From: a virus
DNA: 63,603 nucleotides
Virus record (IMG/VR): IMGVR_UViG_3300035665_000029
Reading direction: 5' to 3' (one strand)
The translations under genes were made by a program, and so were the position numbers. Numbering within the stretch: the stretch's first letter is position 1; each line of letters begins with the position of its first letter. This document shows positions 47,949 through 57,050 of this stretch, in pieces. The notes under the pieces were generated by a model, which worked only from the letters and a program-made list of their open reading frames with translations, had not been told where the DNA came from and searched no databases.

Positions 47949-48776
47949 TTAAACTGCTGTAGCAGAATAGTAACCGTGATAACCGAAGTTAAACTTCACG
48001 AGCACTTCTGGGTACTGGGTGAACACCAATGTTGAACCAGCTGCAAAAGCTGTAGTTGGCGCAGCATTAATGGTTACAGAGGTAGCGCCTGCAGCGGCAG
48101 CGGCTGACACGAATGAACCACTTTGAATCACCTGACCAGCAGAATCCAAAGAACCAACATCAGTACCAATCACCAACGCTTGTGGTAACGCACTAGTTGT
48201 TAAAGTTGTAGATGCACCCGATACGAAAGTTGCAGTACCCAAAGACACAGCAGTATCACGAACGATGTCAATAACACGGAATGGTAAGGTCGCAGTGCTT
48301 AATGCAGTTGGAACCAAAATCGCGTTAGCTGAGTCACCGGTATTAGCGCTACCTGCGTTAGTGGTAATACCACCTACGTTAGAGCCCACCATTACTTGAG
48401 CAGCAGAACCAATATTTGCTGCAGAAGTGCACATAACCGCTCTGATAACGATGTCTGGATCATCAGAGATAATCGCAGTGATGTCACCAGCAGCAATGTT
48501 GCCCGGATAATACTGGCTCCACAACCGTTGTTTGGTTGACGGGCTAGTGTAGTAACAACCTAAGAAAATACCGGTTGTTTGGTTAGCAGTAGTAGCAGAT
48601 GCGATAGACGCACGAGTTACGAAGCCGTTAACTTCTTTAATTGCATCGCCAAAGTAAATTGCTGTAGCGTAGTTGTATTGGATTTGCACATTACGTGTAG
48701 AACCCGAGAATACTTGACCGCCTAACAAATTTACCGGCTTGTACCCATATGGGGCTGAAACGACAGGATAAGCCAT
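47949..48776 (-). CDS. Head-associated protein (275 aa), decoration or second capsid component
   Basis: Track ORF; assigned from position only. Confidence 0.4.
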   Translation of the reverse strand: MAYPVVSAPYGYKPVNLLGGQVFSGSTRNVQIQYNYATAIYFGDAIKEVNGFVTRASIASATTANQTTGIFLGCYYTSPSTKQRLWSQYYPGNIAAGDITAIISDDPDIVIRAVMCTSAANIGSAAQVMVGSNVGGITTNAGSANTGDSANAILVPTALSTATLPFRVIDIVRDTAVSLGTATFVSGASTTLTTSALPQALVIGTDVGSLDSAGQVIQSGSFVSAAAAAGATSVTINAAPTTAFAAGSTLVFTQYPEVLVKFNFGYHGYYSATAV

Positions 48777-48792
48777 TATAAACTCCTAAAAA

Positions 48793-49248
48793 TTAAGAAC
48801 CTTTACCGAAAGAAGTTGTTGATTTGCGTTCTCTAAACAGAGGCATACGCGCATCATTTTCTCTCATAAAACTATTGTCTACTGCACTCGCTTGAGATTC
48901 TGTGGCGTTAGCATAATGTGCTCTACGTTGGTCCATAAATTCTTTAGGGATCTTGCATAACAATAGGCCGCCAATTTCGATGTTGTCTTTATATCGACCC
49001 TCGCCAGAGGCTAACAGTGTGTATTTTGGTTGCTCTTCAATTCTTACTGGTTCCCAACCCTCACGAAACGATTTCGAAATGTTGCTAGGGTCATCTTTGT
49101 TCAGCATTGAAACGCGAATCCATCTATAGGCGAAACCATCCTCTTTGTCAGGTTCAGGGAGCGCTTCAGGTGGCATCCACTGCTTAGGACGCTCTGTTAG
49201 TGCTCTGGTTTCTAGCTCGCGAGTTATTCTGTTTTGTGTAGTAGCCAT
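48793..49248 (-). CDS. Head-module protein (151 aa)
   Basis: Track ORF. Confidence 0.45.
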   Translation of the reverse strand: MATTQNRITRELETRALTERPKQWMPPEALPEPDKEDGFAYRWIRVSMLNKDDPSNISKSFREGWEPVRIEEQPKYTLLASGEGRYKDNIEIGGLLLCKIPKEFMDQRRAHYANATESQASAVDNSFMRENDARMPLFRERKSTTSFGKGS

Positions 49249-50159
49249 TATTTATTCTCCAATTTTAAAACTTCTCTAGCGTAAACTTCAGGGGTTAGAC
49301 CAAACTTTTTGGCAATTTGGACCTGACTCTGAGTAAGTCTTATCTTATTCGAGGATGTGCTACGGGTTGCCGGCGCTACGACTGTGCGTGGTTTTGCCTT
49401 GGGTTCCCCAAAATGCTCGCTAAACCTTGTGCGCATCGTCTTGTCCAATGTGCTGTAGTATTCGTCAGAACCTACTTCAACGCCACTATTTACTAGCTTC
49501 TGGTGTAAGCCTAATGCCGCTGCTGTCATCTCCTCATCCTTACCAAACCAGCTGTTGCGTTCTTGCCACGCTTGCGCTTTACGGTCAGGTTGTACGGCTT
49601 GAGGCTGTACAGGTCGTTCTTCACGGCGCTGTTGTACAATATCTCCGGGTTCTTGTAAAGGGGTTTCCTTTAAACTCTCTGCACGAAGTACCTTTAATTG
49701 CGCCAAATTCATCTTTTCTTGCGCTGCAATCACACCGTCGGTGTCGCCAGACTCGTAAGCTTCTCTGTACGCGCGTCTAGCAGCGTCCATTTCCATTTGC
49801 GCGTTAGTTTGTGTGGTAGAGATGTATTCCTTCTCACCGGTGCTGTATGCAGAACGTAATTTTTGGTTCTCTTCATATAAACGTCTAGCTACCGCTAAAG
49901 CTTCTTCTTGCTCTCTAGCCAACTGTTCTTTAGCTCTACGTTCATCATGCCAAACCTTTTTAAGCTGTTTCAGCTTCTGTTTAACCCCTTCGTCATACTC
50001 TTCAAGTTCATCACGATCTAAATCGTCAACAATCTCTTTAGGCATGGGTTGACGGCCTCGGTCTTCCTCCGGGGTATCATCTTCAATCTCGATTTCAATA
50101 TCAAGCTCATTGTTCTGATCTTGTTCGTCTGGGAATTTATATTCTTCGTATTCAGCCAT
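49248..50159 (-). CDS. Scaffolding protein candidate (303 aa)
   Basis: Highly acidic N-terminus, long coiled-coil-like charged helices, located between portal and capsid. Confidence 0.5.
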   Translation of the reverse strand: MAEYEEYKFPDEQDQNNELDIEIEIEDDTPEEDRGRQPMPKEIVDDLDRDELEEYDEGVKQKLKQLKKVWHDERRAKEQLAREQEEALAVARRLYEENQKLRSAYSTGEKEYISTTQTNAQMEMDAARRAYREAYESGDTDGVIAAQEKMNLAQLKVLRAESLKETPLQEPGDIVQQRREERPVQPQAVQPDRKAQAWQERNSWFGKDEEMTAAALGLHQKLVNSGVEVGSDEYYSTLDKTMRTRFSEHFGEPKAKPRTVVAPATRSTSSNKIRLTQSQVQIAKKFGLTPEVYAREVLKLENK

Positions 50160-50169
50160 GTTCTACTCC

Positions 50170-50583
50170 TTATGCTCTCTTTATGCCGCGAGGGTCCTGA
50201 ACGACCGCTTCAACTGAGTCATCATTGATAATTCGCATTTCTCGACCGTGAATCTTTAGTCGTGAGCCAGCGTTCGGTCTAACCAAAATAAAATCACCTA
50301 CCTTGCACCAAGGACCACTAGGGAACTTCTCTTCTGGGTAGCAATCTGGACCTAAAGCAACTACGAATAAAACAGTGGTTAATACTTCTTCGTGCTTCAT
50401 AGTGACATCAGCTTTAATGATGCCGCTTTCGTATTCCTTTTCTACTTCAGGAATAGCACATAAGATGCGGTAACCCGATGGTTTAGGTAGCTGGCTTGCT
50501 TTCTCTTCAGGGGTGGCTTCCAAGTTAACAGCACCAACTACTTGCGGTTTACTGGGGTTTGTAGCCAGTAATATCTCAGTCAT
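50170..50583 (-). CDS. GroES-like fold protein (137 aa)
   Basis: YRILCAIPEVEKEYESGII...VVALGP...KVGDFILVRP...DSVEAVV aligns by eye to the GroES pattern. Confidence 0.35.
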   Translation of the reverse strand: MTEILLATNPSKPQVVGAVNLEATPEEKASQLPKPSGYRILCAIPEVEKEYESGIIKADVTMKHEEVLTTVLFVVALGPDCYPEEKFPSGPWCKVGDFILVRPNAGSRLKIHGREMRIINDDSVEAVVQDPRGIKRA

Positions 50584-50764
50584 CTGAGTTCTCCATTTTG
50601 TTTCTAAGGGTTTCAGTTAATTCCCTAGCGATGAGTAACCCTCGTACCTCACCACAGAGCCGTTTATATTCGTCAAAACTATCCGCCTTCCCGTGGCAGA
50701 TAGCGTTTTGGATTAGTTCGACTTCCTCATTGATCTGTTGGATCAATAATTCAAATGCGTTCAT
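50576..50764 (-). CDS. Hypothetical protein (62 aa)
   Basis: Track ORF with overlapping junctions. Confidence 0.45.
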   Translation of the reverse strand: MNAFELLIQQINEEVELIQNAICHGKADSFDEYKRLCGEVRGLLIARELTETLRNKMENSDD

Positions 50765-53307
50765 TATTCACCTTTTGCCGGTTTGTTTTTTGTCTGAGCT
50801 TCTAGCGTTGCCGCTGTTTTCAACGCATCAATAGCCATCTTCTGATTGCTACTGCGTTTCTGTTCAGTAACCTGTGCTGCTGTTTTTAAACCATCAATTT
50901 TCAATCGAGTGGCGTCACCATCACGTTTAGCAGTTAGCTCTGCCGCAGATTTCAACGAGTTCACCTTATTGGTTTGTGCTGCTGTACGTTCTTGTGCTGC
51001 AATACGCTCACGTTCAACTTGGATCTGCTGTGATTTCAGCTGAATATCCGCTTGGTCTTTCTGGGCTTTGCGCTGCTGCTCCGCCGCTTTTAACTGCAAC
51101 TCTTGCATCTGCATCTGAACCAATGGGTCTTGCGCTTGTTGTTGCGCCTGTTTTTGAGCCATTTCCGCTTGATTGCTCTGTAACAACTGCTGTGCTGCTT
51201 GAGCCAATAAAGGCGATAACTTAGCTTCCACTTCAGGGTCCATGTGAATGTCTTCACCTGACTCGTCTTTTTGTGGTGGCAATGCAAAACCTAACTGCTG
51301 TTCAATCTGTTTGCGGTACTCAAACCCTAAATGCTCAGCAATATGTGCTTGAGCTGCCGCTGCAATCTGAGGTGCTGCTGGACTATTCTGTAGCATCTGT
51401 TGGATTTTTGGGTCTTGTATAGCAGCCATATGTACTTGGATATGTGCTTGGTGATCTTGGTTTATAAACGCTTTGACCGGTTTCATCGCCAAGATGTTTT
51501 GATTTTCTGTAATCGGGTCTAACGGTTTCATATCCTCAGCCATCGGTACTAACTTCTGAGCGTCTTTAATACCCAATACATCCAGCATCTGACGATGTAA
51601 CAACGGCATGTTGTAGATTTGAGGCGACTGCTGAGCCAGCTGTAGTACCGCTTGGTATTGGACAATCTTCTGCGCCATTGTAGAGGCGTTCGGATCAGAC
51701 ACAGGAATAACGTCAACCATCGAATAGTCAGAGCGTTTAGCCTTTCTATTACCGGTATCTGGCTCGTAGTTGTAGTCTTCCGGTGCATAGGCAGCGATGA
51801 TGCCTTTTAACAGTACCAATTCTTGTTTAAAGCTGTAGTGAACCCGTGCTTGAATCGCACTCATTGACTTCAAAGTACGTTCTAAAATAGCCAGCGTGGT
51901 ACCTACCGGCGCTTGGCCTGACATATCCGCTACTTGTAGGTCAGCCGCGTTAGCAAATCGTCTACCCTCATCAACAATCTGGTTAAGCAACGCCATTAAT
52001 GTCTGGCTAGGTTCTTTATATGGTAGTGGGATGATGTTATCGCGCATTGCGCCACTTGGTACGTCTACATCACGCCATTCACCCGGGGCTATCGGGGTGT
52101 CATCACCTTTAATCCGCATTCCTCTAGCTTTGAAGCCACCCGGGAGGTTAGATAATGTACCTGCGTCCACAAGCTGTCTAATAAGAGAAGTGCCAGATTT
52201 AGCAAAAGTGCCAACAAGATGAATAAGCCCGAAACAATAAAAGCCAAAACCCGGCACATAGCCGTAATGCACGAAATGCTGACGTTTTTGATAAGATTCA
52301 TCGCCTTCTTCCCAGTTTCTGCGAATAGATAAGATTGTGTTGCTGCCTTTCTCAACGGTAACCACGTATGGCAACGCAATACCGGTCGTTTCCCCGTCTT
52401 CTTCATGCTCAAAACCCGGCAAATCGAGGTCAACGTGCATCTCCAACACCTTGTATCGGTCGTCAGATGTCGCTCTAAAACCCATCTTTTCGGCAATTTT
52501 CTTCTCGACTTCGTCCAAAACGTTGTCTGGTTCACCCAAATCAATGTCTCTATAGAACCCTGCGACCTGCAAACGACGTAATTCGTTCTCTGTTTTACGC
52601 ATTACATGAGTTACACGCTCTGCTTGTTCTAAATTCATCGCACCATAAGGCACAACAAGGTCTTCAGCAGGTACAAATACGGAAACTTGACGGTCTAAAT
52701 GCGGATCGAAGTACACTTTCTTGAACGCATTACCTGACATACCTAAGCCCCACAGCATACGCTCGTGTTCTGGCCTAAATTCGGTCATCTCATCAGTCAA
52801 CTGATAGTTCATGTCCTCTTGGACACGTACCGCTGCGTCTTTTTTCTCTTGCGTTTCTTTACCAATAATCTGAGTTTTAACCGGACCCGCTGCAGGGAAC
52901 GTACTCATCATGGTTTCAGCTTGGAATTTAACCAACGCCTCGCTTAACAGCGGGTGATACACACCACAAGCGCCTTCCCAAGGCTCTGACCGCTCCTCAA
53001 TCTTCATACCTAACAGCTCAATACCGTCGACATATGTTTGCATCCAGTCTTTTCTGGAGGCTATATCATCATCAAAGTCAGACAGTAAGTCGCCGGCTAG
53101 AGTTAACAGGTCTTTCTCATCCATTTCTTCCGCTAAGTTAGCGTTGAAATCTTCAGACATGTCTCTATCAGGCATCAAGTCGATCTCTATACCACCGATT
53201 GTCATTGTGACATCATCAGGGTTCTCAATTTCGATCTCTAAGTCCGGTGTTTCGGGTAATGAGCCAATGCCTTGTGGGGCTTGGTATAACGATTTATCAA
53301 TTGCCAT
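50764..53307 (-). CDS. Portal protein with Gln/Ala/Lys-rich C-terminal extension
   Basis: Size and position directly after the terminase. ATG at 53307 is preferred over the TTG at 53325. Confidence 0.6.
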   Translation of the reverse strand: MAIDKSLYQAPQGIGSLPETPDLEIEIENPDDVTMTIGGIEIDLMPDRDMSEDFNANLAEEMDEKDLLTLAGDLLSDFDDDIASRKDWMQTYVDGIELLGMKIEERSEPWEGACGVYHPLLSEALVKFQAETMMSTFPAAGPVKTQIIGKETQEKKDAAVRVQEDMNYQLTDEMTEFRPEHERMLWGLGMSGNAFKKVYFDPHLDRQVSVFVPAEDLVVPYGAMNLEQAERVTHVMRKTENELRRLQVAGFYRDIDLGEPDNVLDEVEKKIAEKMGFRATSDDRYKVLEMHVDLDLPGFEHEEDGETTGIALPYVVTVEKGSNTILSIRRNWEEGDESYQKRQHFVHYGYVPGFGFYCFGLIHLVGTFAKSGTSLIRQLVDAGTLSNLPGGFKARGMRIKGDDTPIAPGEWRDVDVPSGAMRDNIIPLPYKEPSQTLMALLNQIVDEGRRFANAADLQVADMSGQAPVGTTLAILERTLKSMSAIQARVHYSFKQELVLLKGIIAAYAPEDYNYEPDTGNRKAKRSDYSMVDVIPVSDPNASTMAQKIVQYQAVLQLAQQSPQIYNMPLLHRQMLDVLGIKDAQKLVPMAEDMKPLDPITENQNILAMKPVKAFINQDHQAHIQVHMAAIQDPKIQQMLQNSPAAPQIAAAAQAHIAEHLGFEYRKQIEQQLGFALPPQKDESGEDIHMDPEVEAKLSPLLAQAAQQLLQSNQAEMAQKQAQQQAQDPLVQMQMQELQLKAAEQQRKAQKDQADIQLKSQQIQVERERIAAQERTAAQTNKVNSLKSAAELTAKRDGDATRLKIDGLKTAAQVTEQKRSSNQKMAIDALKTAATLEAQTKNKPAKGE

Positions 53308-53321
53308 GTCGGGTAATCCTT

Positions 53322-53588
53322 TCAAGTAGTTGTGTTTTGTCTCGTGTTTATACCTTTAAAATGCACTCTATACAATTCGGGATTATCTTGTATCAATTCC
53401 TCTATTATATTGCTCAAATCAACAACACCTTCAGTGTTAACTTCATATACCATACGAACGGCTTCAAAATCTGTTGGTACCTTTGCATCTTGTGGGATAG
53501 CCGCAGTCTCACTCTCTAGCGTTTTACGCATCTGCTTTATCCGCGCTCGAGTCTCAAAGTAACTCACAATTCTCTCTGCTATAGTCAT
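53322..53588 (-). CDS. Hypothetical protein (88 aa)
   Basis: Track ORF with overlapping junctions. Confidence 0.45.
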   Translation of the reverse strand: MTIAERIVSYFETRARIKQMRKTLESETAAIPQDAKVPTDFEAVRMVYEVNTEGVVDLSNIIEELIQDNPELYRVHFKGINTRQNTTT

Positions 53589-54724
53589 CAGTAATACGCC
53601 ACCTTTCGTCTAAAGTAATGTTCCTCTTCCGGTTCATCCATTTTTGTGCCGATGAACCCACCTTGGCGGAACCTTAGCATTGCTTGTGAAACTGTATCGA
53701 CAAGGTCGTCGTGCGTTCCTGCTGGGAAAGAGGCAACGTCATCTATCAGCTCATCAGCCCATCTTGCCTCCGGCGCCCACACGAACCCCGATGCAAATAT
53801 ATCAGCCACACTGTTAAGTCTTGAAATCTTGTCATTACCTTTAGTCGGCGTGTACTCCTGCACCGGCACACCCATACGACGCAACTCTTGTATTAATGAC
53901 GCACCAGAAGCCCGTTTCTCGATGATGACACTATCTGGTTGCCACTCTTGATACGCCTCGTATGCCCACTCCTTTAGCTCTGGGAACTCCACACGCTTCT
54001 TAACAGCATCAAGCAGGATGATATTCGGGCGTAAAACCCCTTCCTCATCCTCTATATAAAACACACCCCACACCGTCAACGCACTGTAGTCAGCCCGGTT
54101 ATGCTTCTCGAACGCGGTATCCCACGACAGTAGTGTGAACTCGATATTATTAGGTGGTGCATCTCTATCCCAGACTCTCCACCACTCACGCTTGATAATC
54201 GCACCTTCTTCGGACGTCGGGTTCTGTTGGTACTGTGCTTGCCAGAACCGGTTATCCAGAGAGATCTTGGTTTTCTCTAGCTCTTCAAGCTTCCAGAACT
54301 CCGGCCATACCGGTTGCCCACTTGGTAAGATTGCAGGGAACTCAAGCACTTCCCATTGATCGCCGTCTGGATTCCGTATCATGTTATCAATAAGTCGCCC
54401 TACTAAGTCCCTTTTCGACCATCGAGTCATAACCACTATCAAAGCCCCGCCCGGCTGTAACCGCTGACGAGGACCTGTCATATAGTAATCATACACAGCA
54501 TCAAACACTTTAGGGTCGTTACTCTTACCTTCTTGTTCACTTAAAGGGTCATCGATGATACAATTATGGGTTAAAATTAACCTCTTGTTTGTAGGGTTAC
54601 CAACGTAGTAAGTATTACTACCGTTTACATGTAAATTGTAAAAGATCTCTGATGGTATAGAGACTGTATTTACAGTCTCTACAACGATTTCACGGGTAAA
54701 AAACTGTTTAATCTTTTTCAGCAT
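53588..54724 (-). CDS. terL: Terminase large subunit, C-terminal fragment preceded by the split-intein C half (IntC, 54 aa)
   Basis: ...FYNLHVNGSNTYYV...LILTHN|CIIDDP junction. Nuclease motifs LSWDTAF..ADYSA and HDDLVDTVSQA. Confidence 0.85.
   Translation of the reverse strand: MLKKIKQFFTREIVVETVNTVSIPSEIFYNLHVNGSNTYYVGNPTNKRLILTHNCIIDDPLSEQEGKSNDPKVFDAVYDYYMTGPRQRLQPGGALIVVMTRWSKRDLVGRLIDNMIRNPDGDQWEVLEFPAILPSGQPVWPEFWKLEELEKTKISLDNRFWQAQYQQNPTSEEGAIIKREWWRVWDRDAPPNNIEFTLLSWDTAFEKHNRADYSALTVWGVFYIEDEEGVLRPNIILLDAVKKRVEFPELKEWAYEAYQEWQPDSVIIEKRASGASLIQELRRMGVPVQEYTPTKGNDKISRLNSVADIFASGFVWAPEARWADELIDDVASFPAGTHDDLVDTVSQAMLRFRQGGFIGTKMDEPEEEHYFRRKVAYY
54563..54724 (-). mobile_element. Split intein, C-terminal half (ends ...THN; +1 Cys codon at 54562-54560)
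   Basis: Block F/G-like sequence; own ATG with GGAG upstream. Confidence 0.75.
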
Positions 54725-55307
54725 AACTCCACTTATACCCTATAGCCGTTTTTGCTTTTCCAGCTATAGCTGGATATATCGACCGTTTATCCACACCTAA
54801 GGCTTTAGCTGCTGCACCTAATGATGGATACTCAGCAATGAATTCACCCTCTTTTGTGTACTGATGTACTTTACGGATAACATGGCTCATCCTAGGTGCT
54901 TGTATAGCTTCTTCTGGTGTCATTCCCATCACATATATCCTGTGGTGGATCATATCCCTAGTAAGGCCTGTGCGCCTAACCCATTGTGCTATACCTAGTG
55001 TTTCCCCAAAAACTGTTATACGGATTGTGTTGCGCTTGTTATTTTGTTGTGTCTCTTTAGACGCCCAACGACAGTTACTTGGTTCATAGTCCCCTGCAGT
55101 ATCTATACGATCAAGTGTGAACTCATCTGGGCATGGTCCCATATCTTCGTAGAAATTAGAATACCTACCCCATCTATCTGCAACAGAAACCCCTTTACCT
55201 CCATAATTAGGGTAGTTTTCCGCCTTTGGGTTATTGCATCTTTGCCGCATCATCGCCCAAATATTGTATTCACGTTGTGATGTAGTACCTGTTTTACCTT
55301 TAGCCAT
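54708..55307 (-). CDS. Free-standing HNH-type homing endonuclease with C-terminal NUMOD1/IENR1-like HTH, located between the two intein halves
   Basis: YNIWAMMRQRCNNP..NYPNYGGKGVSV..RW, LDRID...NCRWA...Q.NNKRN, and C-terminal LGAAAKALGVDKRSIY. RBS GGAGAC before ATG 55307. Confidence 0.75.
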   Translation of the reverse strand: MAKGKTGTTSQREYNIWAMMRQRCNNPKAENYPNYGGKGVSVADRWGRYSNFYEDMGPCPDEFTLDRIDTAGDYEPSNCRWASKETQQNNKRNTIRITVFGETLGIAQWVRRTGLTRDMIHHRIYVMGMTPEEAIQAPRMSHVIRKVHQYTKEGEFIAEYPSLGAAAKALGVDKRSIYPAIAGKAKTAIGYKWSYAEKD

Positions 55308-55603
55308 TGTAGTCTCCACATTTGTGTATAAGACTTTATGATAACCCTTAGTGGGGTCATCGTCAATATATCCCCCGGCTTTACCTCTTCAGCAGGTACC
55401 CACCCTCTGTTTTTCGTCCATATAGGGTGGTTTGGGGTGAATGTGTATTCCCCGTTAATACGTGTCTCTATACTAGATTCAGACGTCAGTGTATGCAAAA
55501 CAGTCACATACCCTTCCTCTGCTAAAACCAAATCCCCTACTTCTATTTGTTCTATCGGTGTGTAACCCTTATGTGTTTTTACTAACGACCCTACCTTCAC
55601 ACA
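55250..55603 (-). mobile_element. Split intein, N-terminal half (starts at Cys codon 55603-55601)
   Basis: CVKVGSLVKTHKGYTPIEQIEVGDLV (block A) and TPNHPIW (block B), directly after the terminase ...GKGADL. Confidence 0.75.
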
Positions 55604-56128
55604 GAGGTCAGCACCTTTACCTGCTACCGCACCACCAACACCCATCGCGATATAGACACCATTCTTGTCCGTATTCCATCGAGCTGCAGCAGTTGAGTCA
55701 CGTCGCAGGCGTGTATCAGGAAATATCGTGTGGTACAAATCAGAGTCAACCAAGTTCCTTACTTTACGACCAAACCCTTCAGCTAGGTCTGCCGTATGTG
55801 AAAGCTGCATGATTTGTCTGTTCGGGTGTAGCCCTAAATACCACGCTGGAAGTAGGTATGATGCAAATTCAGACTTCGTGTGTCTAGGTGCAAGACATAC
55901 TATTAACCGTTTAAGCTCCCCTTTTGCTACCCGCTCAAACGCTCTAGCCATCTTCGCATGGTGTGATCCGTGAATAAACTCAGGCCACATCACCTTAACA
56001 AACTCAAGAAAGTCTTTCTGGGCTGCTTCACGTTTTTTGCGACTCTCAATCTCTGACAAAAGCTCTAAGGCTTTTATCCTGTCTGTCTCAGACATCTGTA
56101 GGAGAATGTTAGGTGCAATATTAGTCAT
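55250..56128 (-). CDS. terL: Terminase large subunit, N-terminal (ATPase) fragment fused to the split-intein N half
   Basis: The 175-aa N-extein ends GVGGAVAGKGADL, which is the Walker B region completed by CIIDDP in the other fragment. Confidence 0.8.
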   Translation of the reverse strand: MTNIAPNILLQMSETDRIKALELLSEIESRKKREAAQKDFLEFVKVMWPEFIHGSHHAKMARAFERVAKGELKRLIVCLAPRHTKSEFASYLLPAWYLGLHPNRQIMQLSHTADLAEGFGRKVRNLVDSDLYHTIFPDTRLRRDSTAAARWNTDKNGVYIAMGVGGAVAGKGADLCVKVGSLVKTHKGYTPIEQIEVGDLVLAEEGYVTVLHTLTSESSIETRINGEYTFTPNHPIWTKNRGWVPAEEVKPGDILTMTPLRVIIKSYTQMWRLQWLKVKQVLHHNVNTIFGR

Positions 56129-56609
56129 CAGGGTTGATAACCTTCAGCTCGTTCATGTACTTACCTAACAAGGACTGTAAGTCCTTCTCTAGCTCATCAG
56201 TGGGTTTTTTATTGATGTCGACAGTGATCTTAGTCTCGAAAAGTCCTACCTCGGCAATCTTACCGATCTTCTCTATAGCACCTAGGGCTATATTCTCTTT
56301 CTCGCTTTCAGCAAGGTCAAGTAAACGTGAGATGGCATAGGTACGTAATCGGGCAGACTCATCTGCCATAGAGAAATCGTATCGCTGCAGTAACCGACGT
56401 ACCGCATTGGCAGCACCGGGGGTTGATGGTTTAGCGGGCGCGGAAGGTGTTTGGAAAACAATGGCGCGAGCTTCGCGTTCGTCATCTGACGTTGACGAGG
56501 GGTCTAATTCATTGGCCGTAATAAAGTCTGGATCGCAGCAGGCTGCATTCCATAAGTCGGCAATTGGTCTATCTGTGGTCCAGATGAAGTTCAGGATGTT
56601 TGTGTCCAT
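56121..56609 (-). CDS. Terminase small subunit candidate (162 aa)
   Basis: First gene of the late arm, overlapping the terL start. Assigned from position only. Confidence 0.35.
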   Translation of the reverse strand: MDTNILNFIWTTDRPIADLWNAACCDPDFITANELDPSSTSDDEREARAIVFQTPSAPAKPSTPGAANAVRRLLQRYDFSMADESARLRTYAISRLLDLAESEKENIALGAIEKIGKIAEVGLFETKITVDINKKPTDELEKDLQSLLGKYMNELKVINPDD

Positions 56610-56732
56610 AAGTGTGGCGGGTGAGCCAGAATGACTGCATTGTAAGGGTCTAAAAATTTTTATGCAAAATTTTTGACAGGGGCGCTTTTTGTTTGAGGGG
56701 GTGGGTGCTGGTGGGGGAAAATCAGTGGGCTG

Positions 56733-56761
56733 ATTTTAACATGGATAGCGGGGTGGGTCAA
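56733..56761 (-). promoter_or_regulatory. Sigma70-like promoter for the minus-strand arm (TTGACC-17 nt-TAAAAT)
   Basis: Read on the reverse complement, about 120 nt upstream of the 56609 ATG. Confidence 0.4.
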
Positions 56762-56907
56762 GAAAATTTATATGCATAAAAATTTTAGGGTCATTGTGGG
56801 GGGTAATCAGGAATTTTTGCGGTTGAGTGGCGAAATTCGAGATACGTAGTATCGTGCGCGAAGTGGCCGAATTCGGGGGGTGGGGGGTGTACCCCGTATG
56901 ACTGGGG

Positions 56908-56935
56908 TTGACAAAAAAAGATTTGTTGGTATAAT
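56908..56935 (+). promoter_or_regulatory. Consensus sigma70 promoter for the early arm (TTGACA-16 nt-TATAAT)
   Basis: Perfect -35 and -10 hexamers, about 115 nt upstream of the 57051 ATG. Confidence 0.7.
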
Positions 56936-57004
56936 AGCACATGTTTTGAGTGAACTCGAAACGGCCAGACGGCCACGCTCTTTTATATAGGCATTTCGCC
57001 AAAA

Positions 57005-57022
57005 CGTAGTGCTGACACTACG
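57005..57022 (+). promoter_or_regulatory. CGTAGTG-ctga-CACTACG hairpin/palindrome box (family member 2)
   Basis: Perfect 7-bp inverted repeat, 29 nt before the first early ATG. Confidence 0.6.
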
Positions 57023-57050
57023 ATTAATCACTTAATTAATAGGAAAAACC

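Noticed and set aside
56736-57031. Three overlapping minus-strand ORFs (61-88 aa) in the divergent control region
   Set aside because: They span the promoters and G tracts, overlap one another in different frames, lack an RBS and have odd composition. The region is better explained as regulatory.
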